Virus record (IMG/VR): IMGVR_UViG_3300028131_000823
Location: 1-64,000 of that record
Strand: one strand, 5' to 3'
DNA length: 64,000 bases
Position 1 is the stretch's first letter. Every line of letters starts with the position of its first letter. This document shows, piece after piece, positions 56,253-64,000 of the stretch. A program made the translations under genes and the position numbers. The notes beneath the pieces were generated by a model. It was not told the origin of the DNA, did no database searches, and saw only the letters and a list, made by a program, of their open reading frames with translations.

Positions 56253-58091
56253 ATGGCATTACAGGATTTAAGAACATATTATGAGTCAGTTGAAAAAGAG
56301 GATTTTAATAATCTCTTAGCACAGAAATGTTTAGTTACTGAAAAGATTCAAGCAAGTAGTCTTCATGTAAGAAGAGAAGATAGACTCTTAGAATTTTATA
56401 AATCAGGTAATAAGCAGGCTCTTAATAAAATAGATAGAACAATTGTTTCTTACTATGAAAAAGGTATAGGCCATTTTAAAGCATTATTAGACGAGACTAT
56501 TCAACAGATGCCAAGTGATTGGAAATTTGGATTTGATTATATGGTTAGTGAAAAGACAGTAGACATTGAATATGATACACTTCCAAAAAATAGTCTTATA
56601 TTAACACATATTCAAGTATTAAATGAAGACAGAACCCAGATTAAAAAAGTAATTAGAGATCCTAAGATTTTAGAAAAATGGGCTAATCTTTTAGAAGTTC
56701 AATCGCCTGAGGTTGTTTATGAAGGCATCCTTTCAGATCACCAAAAGGAAAAGTTAGTTAATATACTGAGCTTACAAGGAGAGCAAGCAAAAATAGAATT
56801 ACAAGATTTTGGTTTTTCTTATAGAGCATTTACAACATTTAACGAGTCAATTCATAAGTCAATGTTAAACAATGATATTCATAAAGACATTGATGGATTA
56901 GTTGTAAGTTTTGTAGAGGGCAAATCATTAAAGAACTTTAAACTACAGAGTCCATTAAAAGAAATTAAAGAACAAGAAGAAAGAAAGAGTTCGGATGCGT
57001 ATCAAATTACCGTAGTAAAACTTATTGAATATTTTAATGCGTTTGATTTTAGTGAAATACAACTTGAAAGTAAAGAAGTTGATGAGAGATATTTAGAATT
57101 AATGACAGCAGGTTTTAATTCATTTATAAAAGATAATGGAGCAAGCTTTATTGGCATGAATTTTGATAGCGCAGAGTTTGCAAACAATGAAGCATTTGAT
57201 TTAAATCCAAAAATGATAACAAATCAAGAAACTATTAGGCTTGTTAATGAATCAAGAGAAGTCGCAGAATTATTAAAAATAACATTAGGTACTTTTAGAA
57301 AGAAGAGACAGAAAGAAAATGGAGTTTTAGCAGGAGATGCATTTAATAGTTTAAACGGTATTATAGAAAAGATTGAAGCAAGAATTTACGAAAAAGTAGA
57401 GGAAGATAGTGTAATGGATTTTAAAACATTTAAAATTAACGATACACTTAAGGGACAAACAAATCCAATTAACGAAGGTTTAAAAGTAAACCATCCTGAA
57501 AGAGGAGCTAAAGAAGTTAATATGTTTGTTGGTAGGTTTCAGCCATTCACATTAGGACATGTTAAAGTCGTTGAACATTTGCATAAACAAAATGGACTTC
57601 CAACTGTTATATTTTTAGTTAAAGCTAAAAAGAAAAAGAAAGAAGACAGTTTTAAAAGACCATTTGATGAAACAATGCAGGTAAATATGATAAAACAGGT
57701 GATGAAGGAATATCCTATTGAGACAGTGTATGTTATAGATACCGCAGCAATTGACAAAATGTTTAATGCTATGAGACCTAAGTATGAACCTGTATTATGG
57801 GGAACAGGTAGTGATAGAATGAAAACATATGGCTATCAAGTTAATAACCCAAAATATAGAGGAGAATTAGGAGTTGAAGATAGCTTCAGATTAGAAGAAA
57901 TTCCAAGGACAGACGATAACATTAGTGCAACAAAGGTAAGAAACGCTTTATTAGATGGAGACGAAAAGACATATAAGTCCATGACTCCAAAATCTATGCA
58001 CAAAATGTATAAATTATTAAAACAAACAATGGAAGAAAGTGTTGAACTACAAGAACAAGTTTTAACATTTTCAGAATTTAAAAGCAAATAA
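56253..58091 (+). CDS. Fusion: RNA-ligase-like domain + TxGH nucleotidyltransferase (NMNAT/PPAT/cytidylyltransferase family)
   Basis: VTEKIQAS (degenerate motif I), DIDGLVVSF, NFKL; VGRFQPFTLGH, GTGSDR, ISATKVR; C-terminal VLTFSEFK. Confidence 0.75.
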   Translation: MALQDLRTYYESVEKEDFNNLLAQKCLVTEKIQASSLHVRREDRLLEFYKSGNKQALNKIDRTIVSYYEKGIGHFKALLDETIQQMPSDWKFGFDYMVSEKTVDIEYDTLPKNSLILTHIQVLNEDRTQIKKVIRDPKILEKWANLLEVQSPEVVYEGILSDHQKEKLVNILSLQGEQAKIELQDFGFSYRAFTTFNESIHKSMLNNDIHKDIDGLVVSFVEGKSLKNFKLQSPLKEIKEQEERKSSDAYQITVVKLIEYFNAFDFSEIQLESKEVDERYLELMTAGFNSFIKDNGASFIGMNFDSAEFANNEAFDLNPKMITNQETIRLVNESREVAELLKITLGTFRKKRQKENGVLAGDAFNSLNGIIEKIEARIYEKVEEDSVMDFKTFKINDTLKGQTNPINEGLKVNHPERGAKEVNMFVGRFQPFTLGHVKVVEHLHKQNGLPTVIFLVKAKKKKKEDSFKRPFDETMQVNMIKQVMKEYPIETVYVIDTAAIDKMFNAMRPKYEPVLWGTGSDRMKTYGYQVNNPKYRGELGVEDSFRLEEIPRTDDNISATKVRNALLDGDEKTYKSMTPKSMHKMYKLLKQTMEESVELQEQVLTFSEFKSK

Positions 58092-58092
58092 G

Positions 58093-59103
58093 ATGAGTAT
58101 AAGAACAGATTTTCAAATATTATTAAATAAAGCTATTAAAAGAGAAGATCTTTTAGTAGAAGGAAATATAGGTAAGTATCAATCACTAGGAAGTTTAAAT
58201 AATTTAAAGGCAAAGCAACAAATGTTTGACCTTATTAACAAAGATTATTTTAAAGGAAAATCTCCTTTTTCAAAGAGATTAACTTTAACAGAAATAGATG
58301 ATTCTACAATGCAAGAAGTTTTTACATTAATGAGTGAAGATATTGATGCAGCAAATACAATATTTAATTTAAAAAGAACAGGTATTGGTTCAGGTGAAAT
58401 ATTAATGGCATACCTTGTTGAAAACTTAGTAATAGGAGGAGGTAGTGCAGATGTAGACTTAAACTTATTCGATCCAAAGTCGGGTAAATTTTTAAGTGCT
58501 GGAATAGCAGAATTAAAAGAGGTTACAAGAACAAATGATGGTTTTTTAAAAGGTTGGAGAACAGGCGCAAGGCACGCTGCAATTAGAGCACAGGCTATTG
58601 CGGATATTAGAAATTTATATTTAGCAGTTAGGGATTCTATTACTGAATTAGACCCTACTACAAAGGCTGGTCAAGCTGCAGCAATAAGTGCAGCAAAAGG
58701 AGAATATTCAGCACTACTTAAATATTTTGAAGACCTAGATGCAATACCAGCAGCAGCTGATAGAGATTTTAAACTTAAACAAGGTACAAAAGGTGAAATA
58801 ATCGTAAAGTTTCAAGGGAATGTAATAGGTAATATTGGTGACGCAAAAACAATTTCAGAAATTAATAAGATTTTAAGTCAAGATGTTAATACGAATGTAA
58901 AAACTTATAGGCAAATCGAAGAAGAAGTGGCAAAAGGGTTTGGAGATATAGATGAAAAGTTTGTATTTATTAGAACTACAGGAAAATCTGAAAAGAAAAA
59001 GATACAAGGTATTTATTATAAGGAAAAATTACCTGATAATGCTAAAGAATTAAAAATATCAGAAGTCACTCAAAATACGATTAAAGTTAAAGTAAAAATT
59101 TGA
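58093..59103 (+). CDS. Putative PD-(D/E)xK nuclease-like protein
   Basis: GIGSGEILM...DVD...AELKEV pattern; N-terminal LLVE^G site. Confidence 0.4.
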   Translation: MSIRTDFQILLNKAIKREDLLVEGNIGKYQSLGSLNNLKAKQQMFDLINKDYFKGKSPFSKRLTLTEIDDSTMQEVFTLMSEDIDAANTIFNLKRTGIGSGEILMAYLVENLVIGGGSADVDLNLFDPKSGKFLSAGIAELKEVTRTNDGFLKGWRTGARHAAIRAQAIADIRNLYLAVRDSITELDPTTKAGQAAAISAAKGEYSALLKYFEDLDAIPAAADRDFKLKQGTKGEIIVKFQGNVIGNIGDAKTISEINKILSQDVNTNVKTYRQIEEEVAKGFGDIDEKFVFIRTTGKSEKKKIQGIYYKEKLPDNAKELKISEVTQNTIKVKVKI

Positions 59104-59138
59104 TATATAATAGATAGGACAAAAAATAAAGAAAAAAA

Positions 59139-61592
59139 ATGGCAACATTCGAAGAATTTTTAAACGAAAGAAATATAACTCTTAAAAGAAGATATACTGA
59201 ATCACACCCTTCCCAAACTGTAGGCAATTCAGCTAGAGTTAGAAATGCAATTATCGAAGCATTAAAGGATGGCAAAATAACAGTTGAAGAATTTAATAAT
59301 ATAGTTAGTCAACACTCTTCTGCTCCATCAAAATGGACAAGAGGTAATAAAAGATTTTTCAAAATAGAAGAAGATGGCGTAAGTCTTTCTAAATATGGAA
59401 CAAAAATATTAAATAGCTTAGTTACTGAATCTATAGATGAAGGTTTAAATAAGTCAGATGTTACATATCAATTAGCAATAGATTATACAGGTAGAACTAA
59501 GCCGAAAATTACTAAACTTAATAAGAAAAGACTTGAAATTAAGTACGGTTATAAAATTAGCCCAGAAACGGTAATTGATTCTATCAAGAAGGTTCATCCA
59601 GAAGTAGAACTTAAACATGTTGAATGGTCAGATAAAATGTCAGGTGGAGGTTTTCACATATTTGATATTTTAGAATCTGCAGTTACTGAAGGAACATATG
59701 ACTCAAAAGATCATATAGGATCTACATCAGATGGACAAGGTTCTAATGCTGAGATTTATAAAAAAGGTAGAGGATATTATGTAGTTGTTAGTGGAGAGTA
59801 TGATTATGACTTCGAGGCTAAGAATGACAAAGAACTAATAAATAAGTTAGAAGAATATGAATTTGATTCTTCTGATATTTTAGAATCAGCGATTAATAAT
59901 ATAGAAGAAAATATGATACATAATAATTTTAATGAATTCATTAATAAATCAATTAATGAAAATAACGTACAGGATTTAGATATGGAAGATATGAATCCTA
60001 AAATGGCTAAGCAGCTATTAAACATGGCTAGTAAACAATATAAAAACGAATTTCAAGGATCTTATACTGTAGATAAAGGAAATAAAAAAATGAGGTTTGA
60101 TACTTATAGTGCTTTATTAGCTATGGTAAAGCAAAAAGATTCTGGACCTTATGGTCCTTCATATGGTATTAATATTGGAGGAAATAATGAATTAGAAGAT
60201 TTTGAAGGTAATGTTTTAGGTAAGCTAAATGATAAATCATTATCAAGTGCAATTAGTAGTGTTGCAGCTGCTATGAAAATGGCAGCTAAAAACAGTAATG
60301 AATCAGTAGTTACTGAAGCCAGAGTAAGTGCAAAAAAGTTATTAAAATCAGTTGTAAATGGAGAAAGTAACTCAGTTGAAGGTATTAAACTTTCTAAAGA
60401 AATGGCCCAATCATTTTTAGAGTGGCTAGATCAATCAAGTTATGGTAGAAAATTTAGCGATCTTCCATTTGATAAATTATTTAGTGCAGCATTTAATTGG
60501 GGTATTGAAAGATATGCTAAAGACAATAAACTGAAAAATGAATTAAAAGATTTAAAAACAAAGGCAAAAACAATGAAAGAATCAAAAATATACGAAAGTT
60601 TCAGTGAATTTGTTAATGAATCTTTAGAACTTAATGAAGCATTAAAGAGTTCTAAACTTAGAGGACTTCTTACTATGAAAAGAGGTAGTAAGGCAATTTT
60701 AAAAGCAATTTATGGCTTTAGTAAAATAGAATTAGACAAAATAACAGATGATCAAATAATAGATATTGATCCTAAATTAGGTAAAAAAGCAGAAGGTTTA
60801 GTTGTTTATTATACAACTCAAGAAAAAGACAACCCTTATGCTGATACTTCAAAATCTACATATAATTCTGCTGGTAAAATTCCAGCAAATACAATACTTG
60901 CATTAGGTATGGGAAAAGACGTTGCATATGTTAAAAGAGATTATATTAAGAGAAAAATGACAATGTCTTTAACTACAGATCCTAGAAAATCATCTTATGA
61001 TATTGGAATTAATAAAGAGTATAGAGGCTGGGACGCATCCGGTATTTATAATGTAAAAAGAGTAATTGATGTTGCAGACGCTGCATTTGTAATTAATACT
61101 AACGCTCTTCCAAATACTAAAGGAAAAATTGAAGACAGAGTAAAAGCTAAAGAAGGTGCATTAGCATTTAAATCTGATAAGGAATTTAAAGATGCAAACA
61201 TAGCAAGATATAGAGAAATTCTACAAAAGAGAGCAAGTGAATTACCAATAGATAAATTAGTAGAAGATGCAATTGATGATGCAACTAAGGTTATGAAAGA
61301 TGGTTTAAAAAATCAAGAAAAAAATAAGTACGGAGAACTTATTGCAGGTGTAGGAAAGGACGGTAGAGCTTATAAATTAAATGACATTAGTAATTTTATA
61401 AATGGTTTAATTTCAGACTATGAAAGATGGTCAGGTTATATGGCAACAATTGAAGAGGCTGAAGCTAAATATGGTAAAGATTCTAGAGAATTTGAATGGG
61501 AAGCTAGATATTCTCAAAAAGAATCTGAGGAATACGCAAAGAGAATTAAAGATAAATTAGCTAAACTTAAGAAAAGAAACTTAGCTTGGTAA
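59139..61592 (+). CDS. 817 aa CTS-bearing polyprotein-like internal protein
   Basis: MATFEEFLNE; internal HNNFNEFINK and ESFSEFVNE; repeated IDE^G, VTE^G, VTE^A, LNE^A sites; GATATATAA at 59102. Confidence 0.65.
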   Translation: MATFEEFLNERNITLKRRYTESHPSQTVGNSARVRNAIIEALKDGKITVEEFNNIVSQHSSAPSKWTRGNKRFFKIEEDGVSLSKYGTKILNSLVTESIDEGLNKSDVTYQLAIDYTGRTKPKITKLNKKRLEIKYGYKISPETVIDSIKKVHPEVELKHVEWSDKMSGGGFHIFDILESAVTEGTYDSKDHIGSTSDGQGSNAEIYKKGRGYYVVVSGEYDYDFEAKNDKELINKLEEYEFDSSDILESAINNIEENMIHNNFNEFINKSINENNVQDLDMEDMNPKMAKQLLNMASKQYKNEFQGSYTVDKGNKKMRFDTYSALLAMVKQKDSGPYGPSYGINIGGNNELEDFEGNVLGKLNDKSLSSAISSVAAAMKMAAKNSNESVVTEARVSAKKLLKSVVNGESNSVEGIKLSKEMAQSFLEWLDQSSYGRKFSDLPFDKLFSAAFNWGIERYAKDNKLKNELKDLKTKAKTMKESKIYESFSEFVNESLELNEALKSSKLRGLLTMKRGSKAILKAIYGFSKIELDKITDDQIIDIDPKLGKKAEGLVVYYTTQEKDNPYADTSKSTYNSAGKIPANTILALGMGKDVAYVKRDYIKRKMTMSLTTDPRKSSYDIGINKEYRGWDASGIYNVKRVIDVADAAFVINTNALPNTKGKIEDRVKAKEGALAFKSDKEFKDANIARYREILQKRASELPIDKLVEDAIDDATKVMKDGLKNQEKNKYGELIAGVGKDGRAYKLNDISNFINGLISDYERWSGYMATIEEAEAKYGKDSREFEWEARYSQKESEEYAKRIKDKLAKLKKRNLAW

Positions 61593-62098
61593 TGAACGAA
61601 AACGTTACACCAGCAAATATTGGAGGTATGGGAAATCCTGCCTTTCCACAAGGTGGAGAAGTAGGAAGTGGAGATGTGCCAGCTGGTAAAGGAGATGCTA
61701 AGAAAGAGCAAAAGAAAAAGAAGAAAGAAAGAGAAGAATATCTTAAAAATAGAAAAGAAGAAATGGTACATACTACATTTAGTGGATTTATAAATGAAGC
61801 TAAAATTAAAGATGCTAGAAAAGATTTAGGCTATATTGCATTTCTTGAAGAAATGGCAGAAATTAATAATAGAGACATTCAAAACGCATATGATGTTGCA
61901 CTAAAAGTTTTACAAGATAAAGGTATGAGTGAAAAGGAAGCAATTGGATTTTTAAACTCACCACATGGAAAGTATATGGCAGAATATTTAATTCCAGGTC
62001 AAGATTATAGTCATGAAGCATTCTTAGACAAATTAGATGAATACTATAACGAAAGAATGTTGAAACAATATGCAAAGGATTTTAAAAACCTAGCATAA
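61592..62098 (+). CDS. Hypothetical protein with internal CTS-like motif (likely start ATG 61592)
   Basis: TAATG overlap; MNENVTPANIGGMG...VGSGD; internal MVHTTFSGFINE^A at 61763. Confidence 0.6.
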   Translation: MNENVTPANIGGMGNPAFPQGGEVGSGDVPAGKGDAKKEQKKKKKEREEYLKNRKEEMVHTTFSGFINEAKIKDARKDLGYIAFLEEMAEINNRDIQNAYDVALKVLQDKGMSEKEAIGFLNSPHGKYMAEYLIPGQDYSHEAFLDKLDEYYNERMLKQYAKDFKNLA

Positions 62099-62120
62099 GA
62101 ATAAGTTAGTATTTATAATT

Positions 62121-62154
62121 AAAACCCAAGTTCTCGCAGATCTTGGGTTTTTTT
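62121..62154 (+). terminator. Intrinsic terminator
   Basis: AAAACCCAAG/CTTGGGTTTT 10 bp stem plus T tract. Confidence 0.8.
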
Positions 62155-62243
62155 GTTAATAACTTTAGTAAAAAAGTTGCCTCAAAATTTTCACGGGTCA
62201 AAGATTATAGTTATATTAGTATTATAATTAAAACTTAAACTAG
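62153..62243 (+). promoter_or_regulatory. Conserved ~90 bp upstream element, copy 3 (putative early promoter)
   Basis: 52 bp identical to copy 2. Confidence 0.8.
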
Positions 62244-62519
62244 ATGAGCTATACAAATTTTAACAGACATGAATCAATGAATTCAGAAACTAGAAAAGAA
62301 ATCATGAACTTAATTAATGATTTAATAAATTACGATGAACAAATAGATAAAAAATTAAGAAGATCTATTGAAAACAAATTATATGGTTTATTTGATGGTT
62401 ATTTATATGATAAACTTCAATTGAATGCATTAGAATGTCCAAGTGATTTAGCAAGTAGAATTATGAAAATATATCATAAATGTGCAATGTACCCAAAGTC
62501 AAAAACAATTATATTTTAA
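62244..62519 (+). CDS. Hypothetical protein (putative early gene)
   Basis: 91 aa directly behind conserved element copy 3. Confidence 0.7.
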   Translation: MSYTNFNRHESMNSETRKEIMNLINDLINYDEQIDKKLRRSIENKLYGLFDGYLYDKLQLNALECPSDLASRIMKIYHKCAMYPKSKTIIF

Positions 62520-62557
62520 TCTGATATATAATATAATATTAAAAATAAAATAACAAG

Positions 62558-62980
62558 ATGAACAATATTAAGAATTTTAACGACTTTATTAATGAGTCTC
62601 AAGAAATAAACGAAGGTACTCGTTCTCAATTTGGAAAAATTGATAAAAAAGGAAATATAACTTCAGTTTATATGCATTATGATGGTTATCCAGAAAACGT
62701 ATTACCTATTTTAAGAAAAGGTTATAAAGGTGGAAAAAATGTAGATTATGTACTTTCACAAGGAAGTGGTTCAGGTCTTGAAGTAAATCCTAAGAAAATT
62801 AACTTTTATAAAGATGATAGAGATTCTCAATCAACTGGTAATGTTGCAACAATTGCAAATTATTTATCAGATGTAGAAGATGATGGTGGAGCAGAATACG
62901 TTTATTTATGGGATGAAAGATCAAAGCAATGGATGATGGCATCTTATGGTGAAAGAGACTTAAAGGTTGCAGAAGTTTAA
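62558..62980 (+). CDS. CTS-bearing hypothetical protein (YxHYDGYP family)
   Basis: MNNIKNFNDFINE, INE^G, VYMHYDGYP, AEYVYLW; GATATATAA at 62523. Confidence 0.7.
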   Translation: MNNIKNFNDFINESQEINEGTRSQFGKIDKKGNITSVYMHYDGYPENVLPILRKGYKGGKNVDYVLSQGSGSGLEVNPKKINFYKDDRDSQSTGNVATIANYLSDVEDDGGAEYVYLWDERSKQWMMASYGERDLKVAEV

Positions 62981-62996
62981 AAAAATTAAAGTAACA

Positions 62997-63308
62997 ATGA
63001 AAAACGTAAAATTATTCGAAGAATTTATAAACGAAGATATTGACTCAAATAAAATATTTGAATTAACTGAACTAGAAAAAAAAATTAATGGCTTTACAGG
63101 CCAAGCACAGGTAAAAGCTAAAGTTGGAGTAACGACATTTTCTGTTTCAAAATACATGATAGTGTTTGATTATGACGAAGCTAATAAAGATTTACCATTT
63201 GTATTTAGACCAGATATGAAATCTGCAAAAGTAGCAAAGGATAAATTAGAAAAAACTGACATGTTTACTCCTGAAATGAACTTAAGAATTGAAGAAATTA
63301 AATATTAA
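62997..63308 (+). CDS. CTS-bearing hypothetical protein (likely start ATG 62997)
   Basis: MKNVKLFEEFINE. Confidence 0.7.
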   Translation: MKNVKLFEEFINEDIDSNKIFELTELEKKINGFTGQAQVKAKVGVTTFSVSKYMIVFDYDEANKDLPFVFRPDMKSAKVAKDKLEKTDMFTPEMNLRIEEIKY

Positions 63309-63326
63309 AATTAAAAAAACAAAGTT

Positions 63327-63782
63327 ATGAAAAATATAAAATTATTCGAAGAGTTTATCAATGAAAACGATATGATGGCTACAACGCCAGCAGAACTTAA
63401 AAAAATGGCTAAAAAATTTAAACAAATCCATTATGACATGGCCTCCGGTGATTTTGAAGAGGAAGATATAGATGCAAACTTTAAATTTATAACAGACTTT
63501 CTTGGAACAGACCAAATAGTTGAAATAGTTGGAGGAGACCATTGGGCTAATCATTCTTCTGGAAAAGAATTAACAGACATTTATAATGATTTAATCACTA
63601 AGATTAAAAACAAGAAAGACCATGAATTAGATTCAGGAGCAGACTATGTTACAGGTACATTAAATGGAGCAAAGGTAGTTTGTCAATACGATGGTTACAG
63701 TACCCCTACTCATTTATCAATTATGATAAACGTTAATGACATTAAAAAGTTTGACATTAAAACAACACCTTTTGTAGTTTAA
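63327..63782 (+). CDS. CTS-bearing hypothetical protein
   Basis: MKNIKLFEEFINE. Confidence 0.7.
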   Translation: MKNIKLFEEFINENDMMATTPAELKKMAKKFKQIHYDMASGDFEEEDIDANFKFITDFLGTDQIVEIVGGDHWANHSSGKELTDIYNDLITKIKNKKDHELDSGADYVTGTLNGAKVVCQYDGYSTPTHLSIMINVNDIKKFDIKTTPFVV

Positions 63783-63827
63783 TATTAGGAAGGTATCATT
63801 AAAAAGTTAATAACTAATTAGTAATTT

Positions 63828-63859
63828 AAAGGAGATTGTATGAAACAATCTCCTTTTTT
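63828..63859 (+). terminator. Intrinsic terminator overlapping a class-2 promoter
   Basis: AAAGGAGATTGT/ACAATCTCCTTT perfect 12 bp stem plus T tract; AAAC 63843 + N16 + ATATAAG 63863. Confidence 0.75.
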
Positions 63860-63884
63860 AGTATATAAGTTTTAAAATAACTAT

Positions 63885-64000
63885 ATGAAAAGTATACTAG
63901 AAGAAGCAGATCAAATTATCAATCACAGAAGCGAAGAAAAAGAAAGACAATATGGCCCTTTCAGCGAGGGTATGGATAGAGCAGCATCTATTTTCAATGG
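63885..64000 (+). CDS. Hypothetical protein, 5' end (DUF6378-like)
   Basis: MKSILEEADQIINHRSEEKERQYGPFSEGMDRAASIFN resembles the IL-x-EA-x-x-I..R...YG phage family; truncated. Confidence 0.55.
   Translation, partial: MKSILEEADQIINHRSEEKERQYGPFSEGMDRAASIFN

Noticed and set aside
422-62075. All other minus-strand ORFs in the track (e.g. 1111-1503, 8297-8650, 15660-16283, 53747-54226)
   Set aside because: Each lies fully opposite a well-supported + strand gene, has F/S/L/I-rich shadow composition and no promoter or start context
1-64000. Stop-codon reassignment as seen in some huge phages
   Set aside because: Long ORFs are intact under the standard code, and TAG, TGA and TAA all end genes at expected boundaries
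1-64000. tRNA genes, integrase/transposase, diversity-generating retroelement, introns/inteins
   Set aside because: Intergenic gaps are short with no cloverleaf; no reverse transcriptase, TR/VR pair, or intein/homing motifs were recognised by eye

Overview
A 64 kb, very AT-rich, gene-dense segment with all real genes on the + strand and the standard genetic code. It comes from a large T4-like (jumbo/mega) myophage. The host is most likely Bacteroidota, judging from a Bacteroidota-type bS21, A-rich SD-less start regions, a T9SS-like C-terminal domain and TSP3-type repeats. Order of blocks: (1) 1-13.7 kb, auxiliary, host-takeover and repair genes (Hsp20 end, DnaJ, bS21, PhoH, RNase HII, UvsE, dCMP deaminase, DinG-like helicase). 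(2) 13.8-47 kb, baseplate, neck, tail and fibre genes (gp53, gp5/spike, gp13, gp25, gp6-like), interrupted by a bS1-like protein and an amidoligase. (3) 47-52 kb, recombination and replication genes (RuvC-like, gp32, primase, UvsY, UvsW). (4) 52-63.8 kb, an island of proteins carrying a T4-type capsid-targeting-like motif (MKxxxxFEEFxNE). Several of these look like protease-cleavable polyproteins and contain ligase-like and TxGH nucleotidyltransferase, S41 protease and nuclease-like domains; this is the strongest candidate for an undescribed system (a pre-packaged, injected enzyme payload). Three recurring promoter-like motif classes are visible. No tRNA, rRNA, CRISPR array, integrase or transposase was seen. 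All product calls come from motifs recognised by eye, not from database searches.
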